Assembly (NCBI GenBank): GCA_050951805.1
Contig: JBMNJT010000001.1
Coordinates: 15,814 to 79,813 of the forward strand
From: Bacillota bacterium
Lineage (GTDB): Bacteria > Bacillota > DTU025
Direction: 5' to 3'
DNA: 64,000 nucleotides
Position 1 is the stretch's first letter; the number at the start of each line of letters is the position of its first letter. The notes under the pieces were generated by a model. That model saw only the letters and a program-made list of their open reading frames with translations. It did not search any database and was not told where the DNA came from. A program made the position numbers and the translations under genes. Of this stretch, positions 19,855-29,930 are shown piece by piece.

Positions 19855-20733
19855 CTAAAACTCCATCCCCAGCGACAGCCTGTGGCTGTCAGGTAGGGTA
19901 TTGTGGTGCTGGTAGGCGTAATCGATGTTGAAGGTCGCTGCTTCAAAGCCTGCCCCTGCAGTGAGGCATGTTCCATTCCCACCAAAAGAGCCGCCTGCGC
20001 GGAGCGCCATCTGGCGGAATCTGTACTCTGCCCCCACCTTTCCAGAAAAGCCGTTGTCCATCACGGCATCCGCCGCAACGAGCAAGTTCTCCATGGGCTC
20101 GAAGGCAACTCCAAGTCCGAATGCGCGGTCAAACGCATCCTCCGCACCACTGGAGTAGGCCACCTTGCCAAAGAGGTTCCTTCCGACCGCGCCCACGCGG
20201 ACCTTGTCATCCGCCATGGAATACAAAACTCCCATGTCAGCTGTGAAGCCTTTCCCCGAGTTTTCGGGCAGTGTCTCTTGGTAATACTTGACCGCCGCTC
20301 CAATGCTCAGGTTCGGCATTACCGCCATACCGTAGCCTGCCATCACAGCGGTACTAGCCACACCAAATGTGCCAATCTCGTTTGCGAATTCATCTGTTTC
20401 TTCTATCCCGGAAGCGTCGAGCCTCAGGATTCCCGCGCCAATGTGTCGTGCCACGCCTCCTAACGCGAGGTACCCTGCTGCTCCATATTGGTTTGTATAC
20501 AGCGATGTGATATCTATTCCATCAATTACGCCCAGGCCTGCCGGGTTGTAGTATATGACGGAGGCGTCATCTGCCACCGCAATATGGGCGCCGCCCATTC
20601 CAAGCGCCCGCGCCCCCATTCCAAGTCCCATCATCGCCGCCGTTCCCACCGGATCGTCCTCGGCGAATGCAGCTGCTGCGGGAATCAGGGCAATTACGAG
20701 CACGAGCGCAAGCACTGTTTTCTTGATTCGCAT
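19855..20733 (-). CDS. PorV/PorQ (FadL-like) family outer-membrane beta-barrel, copy 1
   Basis: Signal peptide ending AFA; motif GARALGMGGA...ADDASVIYYNPAGL; alternating beta-strands; C-terminal IDYAY...HRLSLGMEF (terminal Phe, BAM-type beta-signal). Confidence 0.85.
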   Translation of the reverse strand: MRIKKTVLALVLVIALIPAAAAFAEDDPVGTAAMMGLGMGARALGMGGAHIAVADDASVIYYNPAGLGVIDGIDITSLYTNQYGAAGYLALGGVARHIGAGILRLDASGIEETDEFANEIGTFGVASTAVMAGYGMAVMPNLSIGAAVKYYQETLPENSGKGFTADMGVLYSMADDKVRVGAVGRNLFGKVAYSSGAEDAFDRAFGLGVAFEPMENLLVAADAVMDNGFSGKVGAEYRFRQMALRAGGSFGGNGTCLTAGAGFEAATFNIDYAYQHHNTLPDSHRLSLGMEF

Positions 20734-20764
20734 TTTCCGCCCTCCTTAAGGTCAAGCTAAGGAA

Positions 20765-20796
20765 GTCCGGGCAGTCGCTTGTGCGACCGCCCAGAC
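20765..20796 (-). other. Conserved intergenic RNA stem-loop between cargo and barrel genes
   Basis: GTCTGGGCGGTCGC-ACAA-GCGACTGCCCGGAC, a 14-bp stem including G-U pairs; also at 30904-30935 and 41590-41621. Confidence 0.65.
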
Positions 20797-20804
20797 CCAT
20801 GCAT

Positions 20805-23800
20805 CTATCTGCTCACAACAAGACGCCCGACCTCAGATCTCTCCTCACCGGCTATCACGACGTAGAGGTATACGCCGTTTGCCACCGGCTTGCCTGATGA
20901 ATGGAGGTTCCATTCATGGGCATTCGCCGTGGCTGAAAGCTCTGCAGAGTGCACGAGGCGTCCTGCGATGTCGTAGACATATAGCGTTCCGTTAGATGCG
21001 ATGTCGTAGTAGAACGTTACCAGATCAGAAGTGGGGTTCGGAGCCGCCACTACAGCGCGAGTGAGCGCGATCACCGTGAACTCCTCGCTCGTGGCATCTC
21101 CGGACGCACCTTCTGGGTCAACTGCTGTGATTCGGATTCTGTAATTGCCTCGGCGCTCAAGCTTTGAGGTATCCCAGATGTATTTACCGGTGTTGGGCAC
21201 CTCAGATGCTATGGCCTGCCAATCCCCGCCTGATGCAGGCTTGTACTCAAGGGTAATCTTGAGCGTATCTGCATCGTCATCGGGATCGAAGGCCTCCCAC
21301 TCGATCATCGCCTCGCCCGTTAGGACCTGGCCTGCCGTAGGCCTTACGATCTCGACTTCCGGCGGAAGGTTGATGATCTCTATCTCGTGTTCTATCGAAT
21401 CAAGCGCCTTATCGTCGTCTATGACTGTTAGTTTGACTACGAACGTGCCTGTAGAGCCGTACTTGTGCTTTGCATTAAGGCCAGCGCTGGCAGTGCCATC
21501 TCCAAACTCCCAGAAAGCCGCGACTATCTCGCCATCATCAGTAGACTCGTTGATGAATCTGACCTCCTCGCCAACACTCGCCGACGATGGACTGAAGCTG
21601 AACGCCGCGATCGGAGCCGCGTTCCCCACCTGAATGGTCTTTGTTGTGGTTCCCGTCAGCCCGCCGTTGTCAGTAACAGTGAGCTCGACCGTGAACTCGC
21701 CCTTATCAGCATACTGATGCTCCGGGCTCTCCTGGTCGCTTTCCGCACCGTCTCCGAACTCCCAATGCCAAGCCACGATCTCGCCGTCATCTGTCGACTC
21801 GTCGACGAACTTCACCTTGTCGCGCCGTGTGGCGGGGGACGGGGTGAAGCTGAAGTCGGCGTTCGGGGCGAGGTTTACGATGGTGAACTCGTCCGTCACG
21901 AACTCGTGGGATGCTCCAGAAGGATCGATGGCCACAATGCGTATCTGGAAGTCATCGCCGCCGGCACCCACTTCTGGGCTGTCCCACAGGTAACTGCCGG
22001 TATTCGGCAACTCCCGGGCAATCTCATTCCACTTCCCGCCACTACGCCTCCAATACAGGTCGATGGCGAGTGTGTCGGGATCGTCATCTTCATCCGTGAC
22101 CGTCCAGCATATCTCGTATGCCCCGTTGATCTCCTCACCAGCTTCAGGATGAGTGATTTGCGCCTCAGGTGCCATATTCACCTTTATCTGAACTGGAACC
22201 ATGACCGAAGGACAGAACGGATCGTCAGCTGATACTGTCATCTCCAGTGCATAGGTTCCCGCTGCAGCACCTGGCGAGCCGAATGTGAGCATCACTTCCT
22301 GGGTTTCACCTGACAGCAGATATCCAGTCGTTGGGTTCGGCCGCAAGACAGGACTGGATGGAACGACCTTGATGGCGAAGTTCATTGGCCCATCGCCATT
22401 GTTCCTCACTTTCATGATGCCCTGATCTTCAGTGCCGTGGAGAACGACCACGTCTATCTCCTCAGGTTCAACTTGAAGTTTAGGCAACCACTTGACTGTG
22501 ATCTTCGATTCAGCTGTCGCCTCCGAGCCGTTCTCATCCACGGCATGGAACCGAGCTGTGTAAGTCCCGACTTCTGCATACACGTGTTCAGCGTGGGTTT
22601 CATGAACCGCGTCGCTGCCGTCTCCGAAGTCCCACCAAACATCGACCACAGGAGTAGCCCCGGGAACTACGGTTGCATCGAACGCCACCGAAAGCGGCGG
22701 CTGGCCTATTGTCGGGTCTACGCTTATCTCAGTTATGGTCGGCCCTGCTTCCAGGTGTACGGTTATGTCTACGTAGAGTGCCGAATTGAACGGATCATTT
22801 GTCGCCACTACGACGTGCTGCCTCACATCATCGCCGGGTTTGCCCAGCTCGGCAGCTTTCATCGTAATGGTTATCTCTTGAGTCTCCCCTTCGGGCACTA
22901 CACCCCTTACCGGATCGACAGCTATTCCGTAACCTATTGGCATCCCCGTCTCCACTAGGTACATGGTATTGTTCTTCTGCGACATCACCCAGAGGTTCCC
23001 GTCGGGGTTGAGCGCCAGCCCTGCGCTGGAGTACTCGTCATTGGCCGGGTGCGGAAATTGCGCTATCACTGCGCGGGATTCCACATCGATGCCATAGATC
23101 ATGTCTGGTTCGGAATTGCCAGCCACCCATAGCACACCATCGGGGTGCCATGCAAGACCCGCAATGCCTACAGGGAAAGGCCAGGATTCGATTATCTCTC
23201 CGGGGTTGTCCCAGTCAAGCCCCTTGATGTGGTAGATGATGTCCTGATTCCAACCGCCGATATAGAAGGTATCGGTGTCAGGATCGTAAGCCAGGCCTCT
23301 CTGCGACACAGCGGCCCAGGATGCATCCCTAATCCTCACTTCTGATACCCCTGTCGCAGGATTGAGCCCGTGAATGCCATTGCTCCATCCCACGTCCACC
23401 TGCCACATGAGGCCATGATTGGAATCGTACGCCATGTCAGCCGGCCATTCACTGGTCCAGTATGTGTTTAACATGGCGCCAGTGTGGGTTCCGGACGTGG
23501 TCACTATGTGGTCATAGTTCTCGCGAGAGTCCGAAATCCACAGAGTCGACCTAACCTCTTCGTAGCCGAGGCCCCACGGGTTCTCTATTTGAGACGGGAC
23601 TCTCCACGACAGGATGACGTTGCCCGCGGCCCCTGGTTCAATAGCAGTCTCGATCTTCGCAGGATCCATCGGCAGATAGAGTCCTTCAGCATCCAGAGCA
23701 TTCGGATCGGATACGCTGCCAACCCTTTGAGGCATGGCCACAACGGGCGCACTGCCTTCTCTCGCTCTTACGGTGAACTTGAGCGGTGCGTTCCCGCCTG

Positions 23801-26800
23801 CGTTACTAATGGTCACAGTCTCCGTTGCAACACCCGTCGGCACCATCGTCTTTTCTATCTCTGACGGTTCTATGCTTGCATTAGGCAGCATCTTCACTTC
23901 AACGATGAACTTTGCTTCAGCACGCCCTCCTAGCTGATCGATGACTGTGAAAACCGCTGTATAGTCACCCTCAACTTCGTAGGTGTGCACTCCATCGCGC
24001 ACTGCTGCCGATTCCCCATCGCCAAAATCCCATCCATAGCTCACTATGGGGGTATCGGGCGCGGAAAATGCCGCATGGAATGCTACTTCAAGGGGCGGCT
24101 CGCCAATGAGCGGAGTTGCGCTCGCCTCAGTGATTCTTGGCGATGCAGCTACGTCAGCAGTGACTGGAACGATGATCATGGGATACTCCACGTCGTTCGT
24201 GAAGAGAACCATGTTGCTGGTGTGCGTGCCCAGCTTCAGTCTGCTGGCATCCACTGTTGCCTTGATATCGATTGAGCCTCCAGCAGGCACCTTGCCCCTT
24301 GCCGGCTCCCATGTGAACCATTGGCCATCGATCGGGCCAAGCCCCGTTTCCACCAGGTACATGGTGACATCGTCTTGCGACGCAACCCACAGGTTTCCGT
24401 TCTTGTCGAACTCACACCCAGCAGCAGAGTAGTAGCCACCCATGGGATGCGGGAACTGTGCAACTATTGAATGGCTCACAGGGTTCACGAAGTAGATCAT
24501 GTCAGGTTCGCCATTAGCGGTCACTGCCAAAATGCCGGCGACCGGATGATAGGCGAGTCCTGCAATGCCTACAGGAAGGGACCATCCATCTATGACCTCA
24601 CCAGGATTGTCCCAGCTTTCTCCCTTGATGTTGTAGATTATATCTTTGTTCCAGCCACCTATGTAGAATGTGTCGTTGTCGGGATTGTAAGCTAGTCCTC
24701 GCTGCGACTCCCATGTCCATTCGCCCTCGGCAATCGATCCGGCAACCTCGCCTGTCTGCGGGTTCAGCTTGTAGATGCCGTTATCCCCGCCGACACTCAC
24801 TTGCCAAATATGCCTGCCGTCGAAGGCCATATCAGCTCCCCAGCCCGGTGTCCACGTAGTGGTCCAGCTGATGCCAGTAAACACGCCATCCGACGTAAGC
24901 ACGTAGTCTACACTCGGTTCGACTTCGATATCGCCAACAACGAGGGAGCCCGAGTTGTGATCGACTCCCACACCCCATACTCCAACCATGGGCGCAGGGG
25001 CCCTCCAGCTCTTCAGCACTGAGCCGGCCGCTTCAGGCAGCCACGACGAACGCTCAGGGTTGGGGTGCGATGCGAAGATTCCCTTGGCGTTAAGTGCGTC
25101 TGGATCATGTATGCTCTCTTTCGACATTAGCCTTTGCGGAGTCGGCACCCTGTTCGGCAATTCCTCGCAACCGAACTCCAGCGTACCCGGACCGGCATTG
25201 CTCAGGATCAATGTCTTCGTCGTCTTCTGCCCCGAAGCTACGTTGAAATCGAGCTGAGTCGGATGCCAGCTGGCAGACGGAGGATCTTGCACATTTACTT
25301 TGACGGATTCTGTCGTCTCATAGCCGTCATTATCCACTGCTGTAAATGTGGCAGTGTAGACTCCATCTCGGGTGTAGGCATGTTCTGCGAACACATCGTG
25401 CACAGGTTCACTGCCGTCGCCAAAGGTCCAGTATTTGTCGACGATAGTGCCGTCAGGGTCGTGTGCCGCCCCCAAGAACCGGAAGACTGTCCCCGCAGGT
25501 CCCTGTTTCGGATCAACGCTGCACGCAGTTATCACCGGAGCACTGTTTGGTATGACATCAACCCTTACCGGAACCACAATCTCCGGACGGCGTATGTCGT
25601 TTGTTTCAAGGATTATCGATCCTCTGAGAACTCCGCCATCAGTCGGCTTGAGATCAAAGAAGACATCCAGGTCGATGCTATCTCCTGGCTCAAGCTCTGC
25701 TTGGAGCGGGCTGACAGAGAGCCACGAATACGGCCAGATCCTGATAGCAAGTTCGTTTTTCACATAACCGGCCGTGTCGTACAGAATGGCGATCCCATCA
25801 GAACCGTCAGCATTCTCAATGCCGATGGTGCCTCTATCCAACGCCAACGATCCCATATCCATATCGAGATACTGGTAGAGCACGGAGCCATCGGGATACA
25901 GAATTGCTTGGAAGGTCAAGGACCCCATCCTCATGAAACGAGGCAATCCCTTCCACTCGATGATGAATCTGTCATTGGCTTCATCGTAGTACTGGAATAC
26001 GCCCCCATCTGCTGGAACCATCGTCGGCCGGAGGTAATCCCAATACACAGCCAACAATGCATTGGGCAGCTCCGGAGATGGGATTGGACCGTTAGACACC
26101 GATGTAGACATCGGCTCAAAGGTGAGGAACCCATCGGAGGTTACCGTGACCTTGTCATGAGCCTCTCCGTAGAATGGGAAAGACCATGGCAGGTCAACTT
26201 CGACGCAGTGGTGGTTCTTTGTCATCGGAAGCTTGTCACCGACGTCACTGATTTCCACCCAATCGAACTCCGGGCCATCAGCGTCGTCGGAATCTATCCA
26301 CATGTAGCCGAACTTGTCGGGGCCACCGGCGCCCTCAGGCGCAATCTCTAGTCCTGCCCCGTCGGCCTTCTCTTCTACGACGACTTTCACGTCGAGAATC
26401 AGGGTGTCATCGCCGACGTTCGTCACAGTCAGTTTCTCTTCGCGATTGCGATGAGCCCTTATCGTCTGCGCAAACCGCGGCGGATTTACATCTGCGGCAG
26501 GCAGATTAGCCACCACTATGTCAACAGTGGCGCTATCTGCAAGGCCGTCGTCGTCCGTAACGGTCAGACTGGCCGTCCATTCGCCATCCACGACATACGT
26601 GTGCACCGGGGTCAACGTGCCCGTCACAGGCTCGCTGCCGTCGCCGAAGTCCCACACTATATCGACGATCTGGCCGTCGCGATCCTTTGCCGTTGCCACA
26701 AACTCCACCGTTAGCGGCGCCTTGCCGGCCCAGGGTTTCGCGGACACAGACTGAATCACAGGCGGAATAATGGACTTGACGGACATGAGCGTCCCTACAT

Positions 26801-29447
26801 CCACTCGCGTGTTCACAGGGTCATTACTGTCTATCTCCAAACCTGCAGCCCAAAGCCCTTGAGGCAGGTTTCCAGCTGCAAAGTGGACGGAGATACTCTC
26901 CGATTCCCCCGGCTCAATATGGCCCTCTGTAACGCTAGTGGAGATCCATGTCGGCACGAAAACGACGGACAGATCATCGTGGACATACGCCTTGTTGTAT
27001 GCCACTTCGAGACCGCAAGTGCCGTCCGCATTCTCTATTCCGATAGTGCCCTCGTTAAGCCGCGTTCCCTGCATCTTCTTGTAATTGTAGTAGATGACTC
27101 CCTCGGGCAGGAGAACGGCCTGGAATGTGTAAGTGCCATTGCCGCCTACCCGCGGCACATCCTCCCACTGGATTATGAACGCGCCATCATCCCCATGCCA
27201 GAAGACCTTGGCGCCATCGCGACCAGGATTGAGGTCAGCCCAGAAGACCGCCAGCAGATCGTTGGGGTCGCTGGTATTGGGTATTGATGCGTTTCGATGC
27301 TGACTCCGGGATGCTCCAAATGTGGCGTACCCATTTGAACATATGCGGATGGAAGTCTTGTTCTCCCCGTAGAAAGGAAACTCCCACGGCAAGTCCACTT
27401 CTACGATGGACTCATCTGACATAGAAACTTCTGTCCCTATTTCAGATATATCGATCCATCTGTGGCTTACGCCAGCATTGTCGGAATCTGCCCAAACGTA
27501 GCCAAAGCTATCAGGCCCGCCTGAGGCAAGTCTCTGCAATTTCCCATCTGCGGAAGACGCGTCCACCATTCCGATGGGCACGACGGAGATCACGTAATCG
27601 AGCGCTCCATCGCCTGAGTTAGTAATGGTAACCGACTGCTCGTCAGTCTCCCCCCACTCGAGGCGTGTTTCGAGCTCCTTCGGTTCCACTCCTATCACAG
27701 GAGGATAGAATACGCTTATTCGAACCGAGGCACTGTTTGCGACTCCGTTGCTGTCAAACACGTAAAACTCGGCTTGATATGTGCCCTCAGTCTCGTATAT
27801 ATGGACCGTATCCCATTCATGTACCGGATCGCTGCCGTCGCCGAAGTCCCACCATCTGTCGGCGATCTCGCCATTGGGCGAAACAGCGGTTGCGCTGAAC
27901 GTCACCGCAAGCGGCGGGGGTCCGAACGTCGGAGCGACTTCGAAAGAGGTTATTACCGGCGCTCCGCCAGCGCGAAGTGCTGCGGCTGCATTGAGCCTTC
28001 CTCCAGTTTTAACCTTCCCTTCGAACTGCGGCTTTACCTCTACGGTATCGATGATCGCGTCCCGCACGGTAGTGTCAGACCCTGCTGAACCTGCAGCGTT
28101 TGGATACAAAGGCATGTCAGGATAGAGGGAATGCACAAGAGCCGCAACTCCTGTCACATGCGGAGTGGCCATTGATGTGCCGTAGAAATAGGCATAAGCC
28201 TCTGTCGGTTCAGATTTTGGAGGATCCGGCGGCACGGTTGACAGTATGTAGCCTCCGGGAGCGAAAATGTCAACTGAATTGGCGCCGTAGTTAGTGCCCC
28301 ACCAACCCGGATAATAGCAGGGCTGGTCATTTTGCATGCTTGCAGCTACTGCAATTATATTGGGCAGATCGTAGTTGGAAGGATAGTGCGGCGTCTTGTC
28401 ATTATCATTGCCCTCGTTGCCCGCAGCACACAGCAGAAGCATGTTTGAGGCAACAATAGCCTCCTCCAACGCCTTATTGTAGCCTCCTCCTCCCCAACTG
28501 CAGTTGGCAACGGAAGCACCATTATTGGAAGCATAGTTAATCGCAAGGATAGCATCGGAGGTGTAGCCCCCCTCAGGGCCGATGAACTTCAACGGCATTA
28601 TCCTTACATTCCAGTTGATGCCTGCAACTCCCATGAAGTTGTCGGTGAGTGCGCCTATGGTTCCGGCACAGTGGGTGCCGTGTTCATCGTTGAGATAACC
28701 ATAGTCGTCGCGATCATCCGGATCCCACACGGTGTTGTCTTTGTTAACGAAGTCCCAGCCATGGACATCATCGATGTATCCGTTGCCATCGTCATCGATA
28801 CCATTGCCAGGGATTTCGCCAGGGTTAACCCAGATGTTGTCATAAAGATCCGGATGGTAGATGTAGCAGCCAGTGTCGATGACAGCTACAATGACCTCGC
28901 GCGAGCCCTTGGATATTGCCCAAGCTTCCGGCATGTCAATGTCGGCATCATCGACGGGCGTTCCCTGCATCTTCGGGTCTTTGAACTGGCAGCCCTCATT
29001 GTGCAACGCCCACATCTTCTCAAAATGAGTGTCATTGGGGATGACTGGGGAGCTGTCACAGTAGCGTATATAGTCCCTCTCTGCGTACATTATGCCTGGA
29101 ACAGCGCTCAATCTGCAGATCGCGTCGTCAGGCGCATGCCCCTCCGCAAGCTCCACTATTCCAAACCTCACGCCGTTTGGAAATCCCGCGGTGGGCTTGA
29201 AGTCGGCGACACGATAGACTGAATATCCCAGTCTCTGTATTGAATCTGTGGCAGCATTGACAGTCACAGAATCTGAAAAGCGAACTATGACTCTGCTAGG
29301 ATGATAGGTATCAGGACCAGGCTGCCATCCGCCACGAAACTCTTCCTGCAGCCCAGCGGCCCAGACACCTCCGGCAATGCAGACCATTGCCAAAGATAGA
29401 ACAAGTGCAGTAATGAGTATGAACTTGTTTCGTCGGCTATAAGCCAT
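20805..29447 (-). CDS. Giant secreted S8 subtilase 1 (about 2880 aa): 7 PKD, 2 nidogen-like, 2 beta-propeller modules, T9SS-A-like CTD
   Basis: Signal peptide; catalytic motifs VIDTG, HGTHCAG, AAGN and GTSMATPHV; seven WxFGD PKD motifs; CTD APNP...LYVYDIAGRLV...W...VANGVYLY...GRLVVSR. Start set at ATG 29447 behind GGAAGGAG. Confidence 0.93.
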   Translation of the reverse strand: MAYSRRNKFILITALVLSLAMVCIAGGVWAAGLQEEFRGGWQPGPDTYHPSRVIVRFSDSVTVNAATDSIQRLGYSVYRVADFKPTAGFPNGVRFGIVELAEGHAPDDAICRLSAVPGIMYAERDYIRYCDSSPVIPNDTHFEKMWALHNEGCQFKDPKMQGTPVDDADIDMPEAWAISKGSREVIVAVIDTGCYIYHPDLYDNIWVNPGEIPGNGIDDDGNGYIDDVHGWDFVNKDNTVWDPDDRDDYGYLNDEHGTHCAGTIGALTDNFMGVAGINWNVRIMPLKFIGPEGGYTSDAILAINYASNNGASVANCSWGGGGYNKALEEAIVASNMLLLCAAGNEGNDNDKTPHYPSNYDLPNIIAVAASMQNDQPCYYPGWWGTNYGANSVDIFAPGGYILSTVPPDPPKSEPTEAYAYFYGTSMATPHVTGVAALVHSLYPDMPLYPNAAGSAGSDTTVRDAIIDTVEVKPQFEGKVKTGGRLNAAAALRAGGAPVITSFEVAPTFGPPPLAVTFSATAVSPNGEIADRWWDFGDGSDPVHEWDTVHIYETEGTYQAEFYVFDSNGVANSASVRISVFYPPVIGVEPKELETRLEWGETDEQSVTITNSGDGALDYVISVVPIGMVDASSADGKLQRLASGGPDSFGYVWADSDNAGVSHRWIDISEIGTEVSMSDESIVEVDLPWEFPFYGENKTSIRICSNGYATFGASRSQHRNASIPNTSDPNDLLAVFWADLNPGRDGAKVFWHGDDGAFIIQWEDVPRVGGNGTYTFQAVLLPEGVIYYNYKKMQGTRLNEGTIGIENADGTCGLEVAYNKAYVHDDLSVVFVPTWISTSVTEGHIEPGESESISVHFAAGNLPQGLWAAGLEIDSNDPVNTRVDVGTLMSVKSIIPPVIQSVSAKPWAGKAPLTVEFVATAKDRDGQIVDIVWDFGDGSEPVTGTLTPVHTYVVDGEWTASLTVTDDDGLADSATVDIVVANLPAADVNPPRFAQTIRAHRNREEKLTVTNVGDDTLILDVKVVVEEKADGAGLEIAPEGAGGPDKFGYMWIDSDDADGPEFDWVEISDVGDKLPMTKNHHCVEVDLPWSFPFYGEAHDKVTVTSDGFLTFEPMSTSVSNGPIPSPELPNALLAVYWDYLRPTMVPADGGVFQYYDEANDRFIIEWKGLPRFMRMGSLTFQAILYPDGSVLYQYLDMDMGSLALDRGTIGIENADGSDGIAILYDTAGYVKNELAIRIWPYSWLSVSPLQAELEPGDSIDLDVFFDLKPTDGGVLRGSIILETNDIRRPEIVVPVRVDVIPNSAPVITACSVDPKQGPAGTVFRFLGAAHDPDGTIVDKYWTFGDGSEPVHDVFAEHAYTRDGVYTATFTAVDNDGYETTESVKVNVQDPPSASWHPTQLDFNVASGQKTTKTLILSNAGPGTLEFGCEELPNRVPTPQRLMSKESIHDPDALNAKGIFASHPNPERSSWLPEAAGSVLKSWRAPAPMVGVWGVGVDHNSGSLVVGDIEVEPSVDYVLTSDGVFTGISWTTTWTPGWGADMAFDGRHIWQVSVGGDNGIYKLNPQTGEVAGSIAEGEWTWESQRGLAYNPDNDTFYIGGWNKDIIYNIKGESWDNPGEVIDGWSLPVGIAGLAYHPVAGILAVTANGEPDMIYFVNPVSHSIVAQFPHPMGGYYSAAGCEFDKNGNLWVASQDDVTMYLVETGLGPIDGQWFTWEPARGKVPAGGSIDIKATVDASRLKLGTHTSNMVLFTNDVEYPMIIVPVTADVAASPRITEASATPLIGEPPLEVAFHAAFSAPDTPIVSYGWDFGDGESAAVRDGVHTYEVEGDYTAVFTVIDQLGGRAEAKFIVEVKMLPNASIEPSEIEKTMVPTGVATETVTISNAGGNAPLKFTVRAREGSAPVVAMPQRVGSVSDPNALDAEGLYLPMDPAKIETAIEPGAAGNVILSWRVPSQIENPWGLGYEEVRSTLWISDSRENYDHIVTTSGTHTGAMLNTYWTSEWPADMAYDSNHGLMWQVDVGWSNGIHGLNPATGVSEVRIRDASWAAVSQRGLAYDPDTDTFYIGGWNQDIIYHIKGLDWDNPGEIIESWPFPVGIAGLAWHPDGVLWVAGNSEPDMIYGIDVESRAVIAQFPHPANDEYSSAGLALNPDGNLWVMSQKNNTMYLVETGMPIGYGIAVDPVRGVVPEGETQEITITMKAAELGKPGDDVRQHVVVATNDPFNSALYVDITVHLEAGPTITEISVDPTIGQPPLSVAFDATVVPGATPVVDVWWDFGDGSDAVHETHAEHVYAEVGTYTARFHAVDENGSEATAESKITVKWLPKLQVEPEEIDVVVLHGTEDQGIMKVRNNGDGPMNFAIKVVPSSPVLRPNPTTGYLLSGETQEVMLTFGSPGAAAGTYALEMTVSADDPFCPSVMVPVQIKVNMAPEAQITHPEAGEEINGAYEICWTVTDEDDDPDTLAIDLYWRRSGGKWNEIARELPNTGSYLWDSPEVGAGGDDFQIRIVAIDPSGASHEFVTDEFTIVNLAPNADFSFTPSPATRRDKVKFVDESTDDGEIVAWHWEFGDGAESDQESPEHQYADKGEFTVELTVTDNGGLTGTTTKTIQVGNAAPIAAFSFSPSSASVGEEVRFINESTDDGEIVAAFWEFGDGTASAGLNAKHKYGSTGTFVVKLTVIDDDKALDSIEHEIEIINLPPEVEIVRPTAGQVLTGEAMIEWEAFDPDDDADTLKITLEYKPASGGDWQAIASEVPNTGKYIWDTSKLERRGNYRIRITAVDPEGASGDATSEEFTVIALTRAVVAAPNPTSDLVTFYYDIASNGTLYVYDIAGRLVHSAELSATANAHEWNLHSSGKPVANGVYLYVVIAGEERSEVGRLVVSR

Positions 29448-29795
29448 GTACTGTTTCGTCTCCTTCCAATTGTCTCTTAAGCGATGCGTAAAGATACAGC
29501 GAACTTGTGCAATGAACAACTGAGCGGACACTGGATAATATCGTCCCGTCCGCCGGCATCACCTCCAGCTTTTTTGAGCCTGAGCACAAAGGGTGCAAAA
29601 ACCAAGATTTTCGCATCCAAGGAATTCGTCAAAGAGTAGGCCTTCCATCCTTTCGCCATGAATCTGTGCATCGTTAACAAACCAAGATGTGATATAGATG
29701 TTCAACAGTGAATGGGAGATGTGTACTGCAGTGTTATGGCAATTAAAGGGTTCCAACCTAGATTACGTCATTTGTGCCCATGGATGTTAATGAAC

Positions 29796-29823
29796 ATTAC
29801 GACAGATATTCCAATATACCTCC
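29796..29823 (-). promoter_or_regulatory. SigH-like promoter upstream of giant 1
   Basis: GGAGGTATA-N11-GTCGTAAT; flanking sequence is conserved upstream of giants 2 and 3. Confidence 0.45.
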
Positions 29824-29930
29824 TTGGCGAGCATCTATTACACATAAAACCGCAATGTTCCATATAAAATTACATTTGTGTCTATCAAATTTCGGATGGA
29901 AACAATACGCAAATACTTTCTTAGAAAGAG

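Larger units (their letters stand above)
19855..21380 (-). repeat. About 1.5-kb direct repeat copy A (last Ig + CTD of the giant gene, intergenic stem-loop, barrel gene)
   Basis: Nearly identical to about 29994-31520 and 40676-42200 by direct reading; boundaries approximate. Confidence 0.9.

Noticed and set aside
19903-20463. Plus-strand ORFs repeated three times (also 30042-30602 and 40574-41284)
   Set aside because: The apparent conservation only reflects near-identical DNA of the barrel genes on the other strand.
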